A stretch of 64,000 bases of DNA from Octopus vulgaris (GCA_951406725.2 OX597833.1:1922001-1986000), one strand, 5' to 3'. Shown: positions 41,568 through 55,593, counted from the first letter of the stretch. A program made the numbers and translations. The notes: generated by a model from the letters alone, not told the origin.

Positions 41568-41783
41568 TATATGTTTATATATATATATATATATATGTTA
41601 CCGATATGTAAGTATATGTGTGCGTGAGTGTGTGAGATAGACATACATAATTATGAATACATAATTATATCTGTGCTTGTGTGTATCTGTAGGAGTCTGT
41701 ATGTGTGTGCGTGGTGAGGCACTGATGTAATTTTGTAAAATTATGTTCTCACCAAACAAGCTTACACATAAACTCGTGAGAAC

Positions 41784-41833
<50 letters not shown>

Positions 41834-42075
41834 CTCACACACACACGCACATAGACACACAAATATTCATACGCTTACACTCGCATACACTTACATACAG
41901 AGACATACCTATGTACACTTATACATAGACGAATAAATTCAGACACAAAAACACAACCACGGAATTAACCATTTATAGAAACCCAGAGTTGACAGCGGAT
42001 AGAAAGTCGTATTTAAATCGATGGCAAGCTGCTGGGAAGGAGCCAGTTCTCTGAATTAAACTTCATCATTTAATA

Positions 42076-42247
42076 CACCACTACCACCAACACCACCACC
42101 ACCACCAACAACAACAACAACGCCATCACCAGCACCACCAGCAGCAGCAGCACCACCACCACCACAACCACCGCCACCACCACCACCACAAGCACCAGCA
42201 CCACCACCACCACCACAACCAGCACTACCAGCACCACCAGCAGAACC

Positions 42248-42279
<32 letters not shown>

Positions 42280-42470
42280 CAACGCCATCACCAGCACCAC
42301 CAGCAGCAGCACCACCACCACCACCACAACCACCGCCACCACCACCACAACCACCACCAGCACCACCAGCACCACCACCAACAACAACAACAACGCCATC
42401 ACCAGCACCACCACCACCACAACCACCGCCACCACCACCACCACCACAAGCACCACCACCTGCACCAGCC

Positions 42471-42501
<31 letters not shown>

Positions 42502-42606
42502 CAACGCCATCACCAGCAGCAGCAGCAGCACCACCACCACCACCACCACCAACCAACCAACAACGCCATGACCATCACCAAAACCACCACTACCAACACC
42601 ACCAAC
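42076..42606. repeat. (CCA/ACA/GCA)n compound repeat with higher-order units
   Basis: ACAACAACGCCATCACCAGCA recurs four times. Confidence 0.9.
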
Positions 42607-42820
42607 TGTAACAACATGAATCAATGACGGACATCTGGGTTGTTGAGGCTGTTTCTAACACTAAAAGCTAATATCCACTTCAACCACACCCTTGCATCTT
42701 AACACTCGAATAAATTGTGGGAAAATGTGTGTGTGTATGTGTATATATATGTGTGTGTGCGTGTGAGTGTGCGTGTGTGAGTGCGTGTGTTTGTTTGTAA
42801 GTGTGCGTATGTGTGTACGT

Positions 42821-42852
<32 letters not shown>

Positions 42853-42938
42853 GAGTGCGTGAGTATGTGTGTAAGTGCGTGTGTGTGTGTGTAGGTGTAT
42901 GTTTGTGTGTGTACGTGTGTGTTTGTGTGTGTGTGTGT

Positions 42939-43103
42939 TGAGGCTACTATTCGTTTCATGTTAAGAAAATGTCTTAATATCTCAACAATTTTTCAAGCGG
43001 ATCACGTGGAGGCATGGTGTTCGTCTCCCTCCGTCTGATCGGCATGAAAATTTTTAACATTTTAAGATGTTTTTTTCTTAACATGAAACCAATGGTAGCT
43101 TCA
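42939..43103. mobile_element. Palindromic MITE-like element
   Basis: GCTACTATTCGTTTCATGTTAAGAAAA / TTTTCTTAACATGAAACCAATGGTAGC; half copy at 38629-38723. Confidence 0.65.
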
Positions 43104-43289
43104 TTACACAAACATATATGTGTGTTTGTGTGTGTATGAATATGTGCGTCGTGTCTGTGTGTGTGAGTATGTATGAATTTATTTCGTAAGATTCATGATA
43201 TGAAACCATGTATTAAAACAGATACTGTTATATTTCGGGTGGGCTATTTTCTTTCCCTTGCCAAACACACGCACTATAGATTTATTCAA

Positions 43290-43342
<53 letters not shown>

Positions 43343-43518
43343 CATAGTAAATAAAAAAAAACAAAGAACAAACACAAAAAACAAGCGAGGAGCGCACATT
43401 CATGGAAGGAAAGAAAGATGGTTTGCTGTTTTGAGCAAAGCTTTTCAGAAACAAAGTCCAACAGTAAAAGGAAGACGGAGGAAAAAAATCGCCAACGATT
43501 CGCATGTGGTTACATATA

Positions 43519-43690
43519 TTTTTTTTCTCTCCTTGTTTATCTCCTTGTTTTTTCTGTGTCCCTTTCTGTAGAAGAGCGTAGGCTCGAAACGTAAAAGACT
43601 TTTTCTATTCCTGAGCGTTATACTAATACACCTGTTTGTTTTGTACACCACCTATCTACGTCTTTTTTTTCTTCTTTCGTAAACTCTCCC
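43519..43690 (+). mobile_element. Family H4 element with a hammerhead-like motif (43558-43599)
   Basis: gtcccttt CTGTAGA a GAGC gtag GCTC GAAAC GTA aaagac. Confidence 0.75.
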
Positions 43691-43756
<66 letters not shown>

Positions 43757-44477
43757 GTAAGAGAGATATCTATATGATGGACGGTCGCGACTGGAATACT
43801 TTATTTGTAACTCTGTTTCTTTATGGGCGACCTTAGTTTCACTTGCAAACATTACTTCTCTTGCGTCAACCATCACCACCAACTTAACAAAATATTGTCC
43901 AACAGAACTAAGACATCCGATTGATAACTTAATGTAACTGGAGCAATTCATGTAATTCGTGCCCTCTCGTTAGCAAGAGGTGATCATCGCTGTCTACCCC
44001 GTCATAACTTCCAATTTAACAACTTTTGTTGCTCAATAACCGGCAAGAGGCTCTTTCTTCCTTCTTACTTCTTTTCTCCTCTTGCGCACGAATATATGTG
44101 GTTTTAATCATTTTCTGATATCGATTTGAGGCAGAATCACCGACCACCTGCATCGATTAGGAATAACCATTCCATCAATACCTGTGTCATGCGATCCCGC
44201 AAATGTCCCTGGTGTCATTCACTCTTCAATTGTAAAGCTCGATCAGGACTGACTGCATAGTCTCCACAAATGGCAAACCACCGTAGAGCCTCGAGGTTGT
44301 CTGAACGACCTGAGACACATAAAGACTTCCTAATAGATCTGCTTTCATAACCTATAATTGTACCACCTATCTATTATACGACTGTATTCAAACATTATTC
44401 TACGTGCGCTAGGAACTCGATTCACGGTGTTGTTCCTACTCGCTTGGTTGGCATTTCTTGTGTCTCTTATTCTAGAG

Positions 44478-44677
44478 AAGTGGTTCTCACCTACGGTTCA
44501 TAAGGCCCTCAATGTAGGGCATATAAGATATTGTTGATAAATTCTAGTTGCAATAGATTGCTTATATTTCTACAATACAGTAGGATTTTTTTATATACAT
44601 GGAATGGTTATGGAAGTCCAGTTGAGTTGAATAAATATCAAAGGGGTCCTAACGTTGAATATGTGTGAAACCCACTG
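44478..44677. mobile_element. hAT (Charlie-like) MITE
   Basis: Ends (A)AGTGGTTCTCA ... TGAAACCCACTG; 8-bp TSD TTCTAGAG at 44470 and 44678. Confidence 0.75.
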
Positions 44678-44787
44678 TTCTAGAGTGATACCGAGTGCCT
44701 TGTTGTTACCAAATTTCCTTTAAATAATTGTACTTATGCATCTTGAGATAATATGCATCGTTAGCCTCCTTTTCAATAGAGACTGTA

Positions 44788-44967
44788 CTAGAGGATACTG
44801 ATAAGTTCCTGGTTTGGGTCAAAGAAAATACAGGTCGATCACTTTATTGGGATTTTATTAAACTTATCTCCCTCCCTGATTCACACACTTATTGCAGCGG
44901 TCCTTTACTGAAAGAACTGAGAAGATTGGACTCACGTAAAACCAGGAACATTTCAGCAACCGCCTCG
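44788..44967. mobile_element. Mariner-derived MITE
   Basis: TA-flanked imperfect TIRs (..CTGATAAGTTCCTGGTTT / AAAACCAGGAACATTTCAG..CCTCG-TA). Confidence 0.65.
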
Positions 44968-45411
44968 TATATATACCTTTTTTATGAATCGAATGATGGC
45001 TTTACAATTGGACAATTCTTCTGAGACAGCTTTCTATTTCTTTAAAGAATTAACAGAATTCTACAATTCTAACTGCATCCTCTCTTCCGCAATGCAAATA
45101 TTAACTCTGTATCTAGAAGACGTTCTGCAACATTTCCTTTAATGGCCAAGTGATTCTATTATCGACAGATATATATAACGCTCATAAACATATATGTCTG
45201 TGTGCGTATGTGTGTGTGTGTACGCGTGGATATATATATGTATATATATATATGTGTGTGTACGCGTGGATATATATATATATATATATATACATATGTA
45301 TATATACATATATATACACAAGTATATATATTTCTATTATATATATATATTATATATATACACAAGTATATGTATATCTATTATATATATCCATACACTC
45401 ATATATATCTG

Positions 45412-45453
<42 letters not shown>

Positions 45454-45487
45454 CGGATATATATGAGTGTATGGATATATATAATAG

Positions 45488-45519
<32 letters not shown>

Positions 45520-45561
45520 GTATATAGACGTATATATATATATATGTGTGTGTGTGTGTGC

Positions 45562-45624
<63 letters not shown>

Positions 45625-45949
45625 GAAAAAGCATTATAAATACTGTCATTAATACGTCTTTATTGTCGCTGCTATTTTCGTTTACACTTTTATTATTTCA
45701 TCATTATCACCATCAATATTTCCTTCCGATGCTTCCCTTTCCTCGTTATAATCATTACCGCCAATATTTGATGCTGTAGTCGCAGGCGCGCGCACAAGAC
45801 ACACAGACAAACACACAAACACACAGACACACGCAGCGAAACAAGCTCACATATGTAATTGCAGCACCAAAAATGATGACCACAATGAAAAATAGATTTA
45901 TATATAGAATATATATATGCATATATATATGCATGTATATATATATATG

Positions 45950-46091
<142 letters not shown>

Positions 46092-46097
46092 TATATA

Positions 46098-46185
<88 letters not shown>

Positions 46186-46203
46186 TATATATATATATAT
46201 ATA

Positions 46204-46305
<102 letters not shown>

Positions 46306-46319
46306 GCATATATATATAT

Positions 46320-46380
<61 letters not shown>

Positions 46381-46662
46381 TACACACGTATATATAATAC
46401 ATGCATATACATACATAGGTGCAGCTATACATGGACATCACAGGCGTTAACTTGATTCACAATACGAATGTTATTATTATTAGACATCTCTGAACGATGG
46501 CCTCAGTGAATCTCATGGTTGTTACAGCGCAAAGCTTTCATTGCGTTTCAACCGTTCCTGACAAAATGGTTGATATTTTAGAATTTTCGCATCTTGAGGA
46601 AGCAATGTCGTCATAGCTTATTAAGGGTTCCTGTTTTTGGTATATGATAGTATTATTATTAC

Positions 46663-46732
<70 letters not shown>

Positions 46733-47280
46733 GAGTGAGAGAGCAGTTCATGCCATCAAAGTGACACTGGAGTAAAATATACGAAGCCCAATATACCCAT
46801 CATGACTACCCGTCTGATAAGGGTACATCAGGCACATGCATCACAACCATATGTGCGCGACATGGTGATCTCATATCAAGATAAACAGCACATGACCTTG
46901 CAGGTGGGGCCCAGTTAGAATTTTCTTCAGGTTGAGTAGCCCATCCCGCTCAAAAGGTCCCTGAATAAAGGTTGTTTAAGGATGTTGAAAGAACCACCCA
47001 TGTTTCCAGAGGTGAATTATCCAAACCCCAAAAGAAACCCTCTCAACACATGGCTATGATGCGCCCCCACTACTTCTGCTCGTGATCAGAGATGCACATA
47101 TCGTCAGCCACTGAGGGACATGCTCAACTGGTTAAGGTCAAACAACTGACAAGCAAATCTGTGGTATTGAGCAGAATATTTGCTGTGGCCCATCTTTTAT
47201 ACCAAGACAAAACAATGTACATGATAACACTTCCAATCAGTTAAGATCAGAAGCCATGAGGGCCACTGCCTGGTACTGCA
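46733..47280 (-). mobile_element. (TAA)n-inserted retroelement 3' portion (R4/Dong-like)
   Basis: (TTA)n on both sides; its terminal 60 bp recurs next to (TTA)n at 47364 and 59346. Confidence 0.7.
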
Positions 47281-47305
47281 TTATTATTATAATTATCATT
47301 AATAC

Positions 47306-47363
<58 letters not shown>

Positions 47364-47630
47364 GAGTGAGAGAGCATTTCATGCCATCAAAGTGACACTG
47401 GGGTAAAATATACGAAGCGCAATCTTAAGACTGTCTCTTAGGATTCTTGTAGAATATAAAATTGTGCCTTTCTGCTAATCGATAACACGAGTTTTAAATG
47501 AAATCTCTATCAGTCCTTTACGTAGCTTTTGGGGCGTTTGGGCCAAGTGCACCAATTACTACAGGGGTAGTTGAGTTTCTCGGTCCTCCACAGTCTTTTC
47601 GTCTCTTCGGCTTTTTAAAGTGGGGCATAA
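47364..47630 (-). pseudogene. R4/Dong-like restriction-like-endonuclease LINE C-terminus and 3' end
   Basis: Minus-strand peptides KRLW, TTPVVIGALG and QKGTILYSTRILRDSL resemble the typical PVVIGALG...LQK...T.RILR.VL terminus. Confidence 0.7.
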
Positions 47631-47682
47631 TGTGTTTGAGAGCAGGTACGCCCCAGGTAAATGGTGGTGAAGGAAATATGTA

Positions 47683-47918
47683 AAGAAAGAGAGAAGAAAG
47701 AAACGAGGAAGAAAGAAAGGAAGGAGGAAAGAAAGAAGGGAAGGAAGGCAGGAAGGAAAGAATGAATGAAAGAGTGAATGAAAGAGTGAAGGAAGGAAGA
47801 CAGGGAAGAAAGAAAGGCAGGGAGGAAAGAAGAAAGGAAAGAAGGAAGACAGGAATGTAGGAGGTGAGGAAGTAAAGAAAGAACGAAGGAAAGAAGGAAC
47901 GAAAGAAAGAACGAACGA

Positions 47919-47950
<32 letters not shown>

Positions 47951-48097
47951 AGGAAAGAGAGAAAAAAGAAAGAAACAAACAAAAAAAGAAAGAAAGAAGG
48001 AAAGAGAGAAAAAAAGAAAAAAACAAACAAACAAAACAAGAAAGAAAGAAGGAAAGAGAGAAAGAAAGAAAGAAACAAGCAAACAAACAAAGAAGGA

Positions 48098-48133
<36 letters not shown>

Positions 48134-48306
48134 AGGAAAGAGAGAAAGAAGGAAAGAGAGAAAAACAGAAACAAACAAACAAACAAGAAAAGAAAGAAAG
48201 AAGGAAAGAGAGAAAAAAGAAAGAAAGAAACAAATAAATAAAAGAAAGAAAGAAAAGAAGAAAGAAAGAAAAGAAGAAAGAAAGAAAAAAAGGAAAGAAA
48301 GAAAAA
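47683..48306. repeat. (GAAA)n/(GGAA)n purine tract
   Basis: Seen directly. Confidence 0.95.
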
Positions 48307-48834
48307 TCGGAAATCTAGAGAATCCGTAAAAAGAACGGAAATGATATTTTCCCGCTCCAAAAATATATCTTTTCATGGAAAACTCCAAGAACTACAAACA
48401 TCATTTTTTTTTTTTTTCCAAAAACTTGTAACGATTGTATTATTTGTTACAGGAATATTCACACAAAAGTTATTCCTTTGTACCATTTAGCAAACTGCAA
48501 TATTCACCGAATAAATTTCTAATTACTGTATTGTTTCGCCACAGGCATAAAACATGGATTAAAGCCAAATTGATTCTGCGGTCGAGTATGTACGTTTGAT
48601 TACAAACAAAAAAAAAAAAAAATAATAATAATAAAAAAAAACCCAAAATCTCTTTTATATTTGCAAGAATGCAAAATCGTTAATTCTAGCGCCACAACTA
48701 AATTTTTATTGGTATCAGATCAGGGCTATTAAAATAGATAGACTTCCATATCTATAGGTTGGTGACTTATTCTAGATAATCAATCGATTATTCTATATGC
48801 CCATTTGTTTATCTAACTCTCTGACTATTTATTC

Positions 48835-48874
<40 letters not shown>

Positions 48875-49018
48875 GTATATCTATATGTATACACACGCAC
48901 ACACACACATATATTGATATGTAGATACATACATATATATTTATATATAGCCTATTGTTCTTTTAGTCCTATATACGTATCGCCCCTAGGGCTGTATCCA
49001 TGCTAGGGCACCTTACAC

Positions 49019-49050
<32 letters not shown>

Positions 49051-49339
49051 TTTTTTCCTCTTCCCCTTTTTTTCCCCTTTTTTCTTCTTTTTTCATTTCT
49101 CCTCTCTCCTCTCTTTTCTTTTGCTCCTTTTCCTTTTCTTTTTTTATTTTATTTTTTTATTTTTTATTTTATTTATTTTTTTGTTCTTTTCTTCCCTTTT
49201 ACGATCCCTCTTGATCGAAAACCTACGCCACCCCCCTTTTTCTTTCTTTTGTTTTTTGTTTTTTTCATCCCCCAAAAGAAAAGCTCTACCTTGTAACTTG
49301 TCCCATCTGTGTGCAGCCCTGTGTGGCCAATAAAGAAAC

Positions 49340-49376
<37 letters not shown>

Positions 49377-49388
49377 AAATAAAGAAAC

Positions 49389-49438
<50 letters not shown>

Positions 49439-49490
49439 ATATATATATATATGTATGTATATATATAATTGCCTCTCTGTCTGTCTCTGA

Positions 49491-49570
<80 letters not shown>

Positions 49571-49916
49571 ATCTTTGACATATCTTTCCATCAAACTAAT
49601 CGCCTGTTTATATATCAATGTGTTCATCCAGTCATCTATTTATCCCTGTCTATCTATCTACATCAACTGATATATATTTCTTCCCTCTTTCTTTTTCTCT
49701 CTGACTATTCATAGGAGAGAGGGAGAGAGAGAGAAAGAAAGAAACAGTGGATATGTGTGTGAGTGTGCGTGTATGTGTGTGTGTGTGTGTACGTGTGGGT
49801 GTATGTGTCTGTTTGTGTATGTTGATATAATTTTCCGAAATTGTGTATTTGCGCCAAGCTATCTTGCATGCAGACGCTTGCACAGGCGCATAAATATGCA
49901 ATTATGCACAAACACA

Positions 49917-49950
<34 letters not shown>

Positions 49951-50321
49951 AGCATACACTTATATATACACATAGCACTCACACATAGCCACACACACGC
50001 ACACTCGCTCGCTCACACTCATACGCACACACGTACAAGCACAGTAAAACAAACGCGCAATCTCGACATAGAACTAAAACTGACAGCGGATAAAAAGTTC
50101 TGTTTTCGTCAATCAAAAGCTGTTGGAAATATGCCAGGTTACCGAATTAAATTTCACCATTTCATTGTGATATAGCATGGACAACAATAAGAAACACAAC
50201 ACGAACAACAACAACAACAACGAAATTAATACAAACAGCTGATTCAGTCAAATAATTAGAGACATGAGATATATTGTCGCCTTTTCAAGTTTATACAATA
50301 TCCAATGTTTTGAACTTAAAA

Positions 50322-50550
50322 GGGACGTGGCTTAGTGGTTAGGTTATTCGACTAACGATCGTAAGGTCCTGAGTTCAATTCCCGGCGACGCTTTGTGACT
50401 TTGAGCTAGACACTCTATTATCCCATTGCTCCAGTCCACTCAGCAGGCAAAAATGAGTTGTACCTGTATTTCAAAGGACTCGTACTGTCACGCTCTGAGT
50501 CACAATGACTCTCCGTGAGAACTACGTTAAGGGCACACATGTCTGTGGTG
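50322..50550 (+). mobile_element. Diverged SINE with a D-like head and B-like 3' body
   Basis: Head resembles 56920; 50457-50550 resembles 1675-1770. Confidence 0.65.
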
Positions 50551-50584
50551 TATCCATCCGACAAGTGTTTCGACCCTTATACCT

Positions 50585-50815
50585 ATTTCTTTACTACCCA
50601 CAAGGGGCTAAACACAGAGAGGACAAACAAGGACAGACAAACGGATTAAGTCGATTATATCGACCCCAGTACGCAACTGGTACTTAATTTATCGACCCCG
50701 AAAGGATGAAAGGCAAAGTCGACCTCGGCGGAATTTGAACTCACAACGTAGCGGCAGACGAAATACCGCTAAGCATTTCGCCCGGCGTGCTAACGTTTCT
50801 GCCAGCTCGCCGCCT
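50585..50815 (-). mobile_element. SINE family A, full length
   Basis: Reverse complement of 1071-1297; flanking TCGACCC(T)TTATACCT duplication. Confidence 0.9.
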
Positions 50816-51964
50816 TTATACCTCGACCCTTTATACCTGATGCTCTACGGGAGCCGGCCCCACCCAGTTCACGACACCTAGGTTTCCGGCTGCTGCTTTC
50901 CAAAATCCTGTCTCCAGTGGGATTTGAACCTGGATCGTTCTTTTGTTCCCAGTTCTGTATTTCAGCCTACAAGGCCGTTCTGATCGACTAAGAAACCAGT
51001 TCTCTTCGTCTTTCTAATTGATATGTATATCAATCTAACGCGGCAATAATATTCATTGCTAATATCTTTCTTTCAAGTTTGTGAATCCGCTTCATTAAAT
51101 CCAAAATATATTCAAATCTGTATTTAGCTGACATCTTGTATCACTTTTTTCATCAAACATTATACTAGTGTCCTTAATTAATTTTGCACTGATCAAAGTT
51201 ATCCCGGATAATTTTTCTAATCCGATTCCCATAACAATTCTAGAAAATCCATGTACTATATGTAGGAGTGTTGAAGTTATAATCTGCTTGTTACAAAGTG
51301 ACGCCATGTATATATAAAACATGGATGCTTTTTGCCTCGTAGAATTTGTGTTTCATTCCGCTCAGATCAAACAAATTAGTCGTAACAAAAGGAAAAGAAT
51401 GAAGTGGTGGCGTGCCTTGGAATAACTTTCTTCTAACAGACACTGGCATAGATTATAATTCTTTCTTTTATGTTTATATCCAAAGCTACTTTATCATTTC
51501 AAGGAACTAGCGATATTTGTTCAGATATTTTGCGCTCCGTGTTCGTACCTCAACTTCGTATGTGTTGGTTCGGGTTTTATCGTATATATCAATCGATTTG
51601 CCATTTGTTTTCATCTTTGATCTTTTATTTGCTTCAGTCATCAAGTTGCGGTCATGCTGGGGCAGTACCTTGTAGAACTTTTAGTTGAATGAATCGACCC
51701 ATGTACATTTATTTTTCAGCCTGGAACTTTTTCTACCGGACTCTTTTGCGGAAACGCTAAGTTACAGAGATGTCAGCACATCCACACGAGCTGTTAAGAG
51801 GTGGTGGCCGACAAACACAGACACAAAGACAAACACACACACACACACACACAAAAACACACACATACGTATATATACACACGTGATATATCTATCTGTC
51901 TATCTATCTATATATATATGTGGGGGTATATGTGTGTGTGTATATAGACATATATGCATGCAAG

Positions 51965-52226
<262 letters not shown>

Positions 52227-52236
52227 ACTACCTATC

Positions 52237-52422
52237 GGTATATTTGCCACCTAAATGTGGCTGACCATAAAGGGACGATGCTACCGTACTTTATAGCCCC
52301 AGGAAGACATCACTTCCAGCTGGCTATTGACACACTGTCTGTGCCCTATCAGTATTTGCAAAGGGCTTTTAAACAACAGTAGCATCATCCCTGTTCAGCC
52401 ACATTTAGGTGGCAAATATACC
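52237..52422. mobile_element. MITE-like hairpin element
   Basis: Perfect 28-bp inverted repeat GGTATATTTGCCACCTAAATGTGGCTGA, with further internal pairing. Confidence 0.7.
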
Positions 52423-52487
52423 TCACGATTCTGTGCTGCTACTGTTCACATCTCGCCCAGAGATTTATTATTGCTTTTATATATATA

Positions 52488-52859
52488 CTAGCAGTATCGC
52501 CCGGCGTTGCTCAGGTTTGTAAGGGAAATAACTATAAAGCATTTTTAGAGAGTTATAGCCAAAAAATAGCAAAAAAATGGAAAAAAATTATGGTAAATTT
52601 TTTTTTAGTTAAAAAAGGTGGAGTTGCGTCCCCTAGACAGTTTGCGGTTTGTGTTTCTGATTCTCGACCCCATGTCGAATTTATCGATTTTTTCCGAACT
52701 GGGGGAACTTTTCAAAATTTTCGCTGCGTTAGTTTTGAATTATGACATTGGGCTATGTGTGTGTCAAGTTTCATCAGAATCGGTTGAAAGCCGTGGTCAG
52801 GGTGAGGGTACAAGCAAACAGACACACAGAAACACGCACAGACAAACTGCCGTTTATAT

Positions 52860-52862
<3 letters not shown>
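52488..52862 (-). mobile_element. Non-autonomous Helitron
   Basis: Reverse complement of 27672-28042 with TC and CTAG ends. Confidence 0.85.
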
Positions 52863-52899
<37 letters not shown>

Positions 52900-52902
<3 letters not shown>

Positions 52903-53152
52903 TTCAGCAAAAATTTAGATTCAAATGGATATGGTACTTAATTTAGATGCACCAGAATTCTGTATGGTGTTATCCATATAAATCCGTGGGGTGATTATAA
53001 TTAAAATAAGCAACAAGAATGACTCCGGTAATTTGGTACGATCGATCGTACTACATCATTTTATTAAATGCTGTAAGTATTACAACATTTAATAAAATGA
53101 TGTCGTACGAAACGATCGTACCACATTACCGGAGTCATTTTTGTTGCTTATT

Positions 53153-53156
<4 letters not shown>
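52900..53156 (-). mobile_element. Short fold-back element, family H1, turning inside ribozyme stem II
   Basis: Same tail and outer arm as 13616; palindrome centre near 53078; the CTGATGA half of the core is absent. Confidence 0.85.
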
Positions 53157-53223
<67 letters not shown>

Positions 53224-53416
53224 TTTTTATATATATTACGTTTATATATTTGTTTTGAAAATTTTTTTATGTGAAGTCGTGTGTTAAAACAGATATTGTT
53301 GTATTTAGGAATGGTCATCTTGCCAGTTTAGCCAATAAAAACACACGCACTATATATTTGATGTTAATTTTCTTCTGCTTTATGTATTTTTTACATTAAT
53401 CTTAATCTTATTTCGG

Positions 53417-53456
53417 CCAGAGTTCTTTCGTCACACTCCTGTGACCTCATCAGTGG
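53417..53456 (-). ncRNA. Minimal hammerhead ribozyme in an H5-related insert (about 53240-53530)
   Basis: Minus strand: cca CTGATGA g GTCACA ggag TGTGAC GAAAG aa CTC tgg. Confidence 0.72.
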
Positions 53457-53551
53457 TTCTTTGCTTTCTTCTTTCTTATTTGTGTGTCTCTCCTTACTAA
53501 CGGTCAGCCATTTTGTATTTTGTATTCCTATTGCATGTGTCTTCATTTGAT

Positions 53552-53806
53552 TGCGGTCGTTTGATTGCGGTTTCGATTCCCAGACCGGTCGTTGTGAGTG
53601 TTTATTGAGCGAAAACACCTGTTGTACCTGTTTTTCAAAGGGGCAGCCTAGTCATACAATGTGTCACGCTGAATCTCTCCGAGACCTACATTATGGGTAC
53701 ACGTGTCTATGGAGAGCTCAGCCCCTTGCACGTTAATTTCACGAGCAGGCTCTTCCGTCGATCGGATCAACTGGAACCCTCGTCGTCGCAACCGACGAAA
53801 TACCAC
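53552..53806 (+). mobile_element. SINE family B, internally deleted
   Basis: Homology to 1477-1867. Confidence 0.8.
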
Positions 53807-54143
53807 GATACACATACGTATGTAAGTAATATATGTATTTATACATTACATTTAATATAAATTTAAATTCATATTCGAAACTAAATATAATTCTGTTGAT
53901 ATCATTTTAAATTATACTAAAATATCTCAACCTTATCTAATGTCTCACATCTTTGGCAATGTGTCTTCATGATAATAACAATTATAGACTAATATAGTCT
54001 ATATGTAGAATATTGATGTCACATTGTCATAATTCGTTAGATTAACACCCAAGATAACGACTGCATGTATATAGATATATAAGTGGTGTGTGTGTGTGTG
54101 TTTAAATATATATGTATATATGTATGTATGTGTGTGTATATAG

Positions 54144-54178
<35 letters not shown>

Positions 54179-54239
54179 CATATATATATGCATATATATA
54201 CATACATATATATATGTACAAACGTACATATATATATAT

Positions 54240-54280
<41 letters not shown>

Positions 54281-54616
54281 TATATACATATATATATATA
54301 TACATATATATATATACATATATATATACATATATATATATATACATATATATATACATATATATATATACATATATATACATATATACATACATATATG
54401 CATATATATACATATATATATATATATGTATACATACATATATATATATATACATATATATATATACATATATATATACATATATATACATATACATATA
54501 TACATATATATATATATACATATACATGTATATATGCACAGGCATAGACAAATACGTGCATGCATACATAGATGTATATATATATACAAACGTCTGACAC
54601 ATGGGACCCTACCCTT

Positions 54617-54703
<87 letters not shown>

Positions 54704-55535
54704 CGTGTGTGTGTATCGATCTATGCATGTATCTCTGTATATGTATGTATGTATGTATGTTTATATGTATGCACATGTACGTGATACAGTACGAGCACAA
54801 AGGTATGTACAAATTTACCGCCAGCCTTTCACTGCATACCGCTTATGTACTTCGATTAACCAGATATTGATCAGAGTCCGGTTTTAGCCAGTCCTGTTGC
54901 GTCTTCATTATTGGTGATTATCGACAAATCTATTCCGTCTTTCACATCAACTTCTGCCATCATTAATATTGTATTGGAAACGTGTCTCTATATGTCAAAC
55001 AACCATTTTTTTGACCACAGTTCGAAAAAGCGAACTTGGCGTGAGATCAAAATGACAGTTACTCTATAGAGAAAAGAATATCGTGTATGCTTGTATGTTT
55101 GTGTGTGTGTGTGTGTTTGTGTTTGTGTGTGAGAGAAAAAGAGAGAGAGAGAGAGAGGCGGAAGAAGGAGAGAGAGAGAGAGAGAAGTGTGTATGGTTAA
55201 TAAACCGTGATTATTTCTTTACAACAGTTGAAAAAGCACTACTTGGCGAAGCTTCAAAATGTCTGCCACTCTTTAAAAAGATTAGTAAATATATGCGTGT
55301 GTGTGTCTGTGTGTTTATGTAAGTTATATATGCGTGTACGAGAGAGTGTGCATGAATGCATACATATATGTGCTATATCATATATATTATATAACTTGAT
55401 ATCATAAGATTGAATAAGCATATATATATATATATATATATAAATTTGATAACAAATTTTTCTTAGTGGTCAGACCATATGGGGTCTACATTTAGCATAC
55501 TGGATGTCCACCTGGTGGTCAACCCTCTTATATGT

Positions 55536-55589
<54 letters not shown>

Positions 55590-55593
<4 letters not shown>

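Noticed and set aside
42056-42624. Gly/Val-rich ORFs resembling a structural protein
   Set aside because: Trinucleotide repeats are open in several frames; there are no splice signals or unique coding sequence.
43341-43510. Further hammerhead candidate on the minus strand (CTGAAAAGC..GCTCAAAAC)
   Set aside because: G8 and G12 are missing, so it is too decayed to support.
44230-44390. Possible Pif1/Helitron helicase or Penelope RT relic on the minus strand (YGGLP..CGDY)
   Set aside because: It needs several frameshifts and is too degenerate to call by eye.
47498-47683. Candidate host exon on the plus strand with AG/GT sites
   Set aside because: It is better explained as the antisense of an R4/Dong-like ORF C-terminus.
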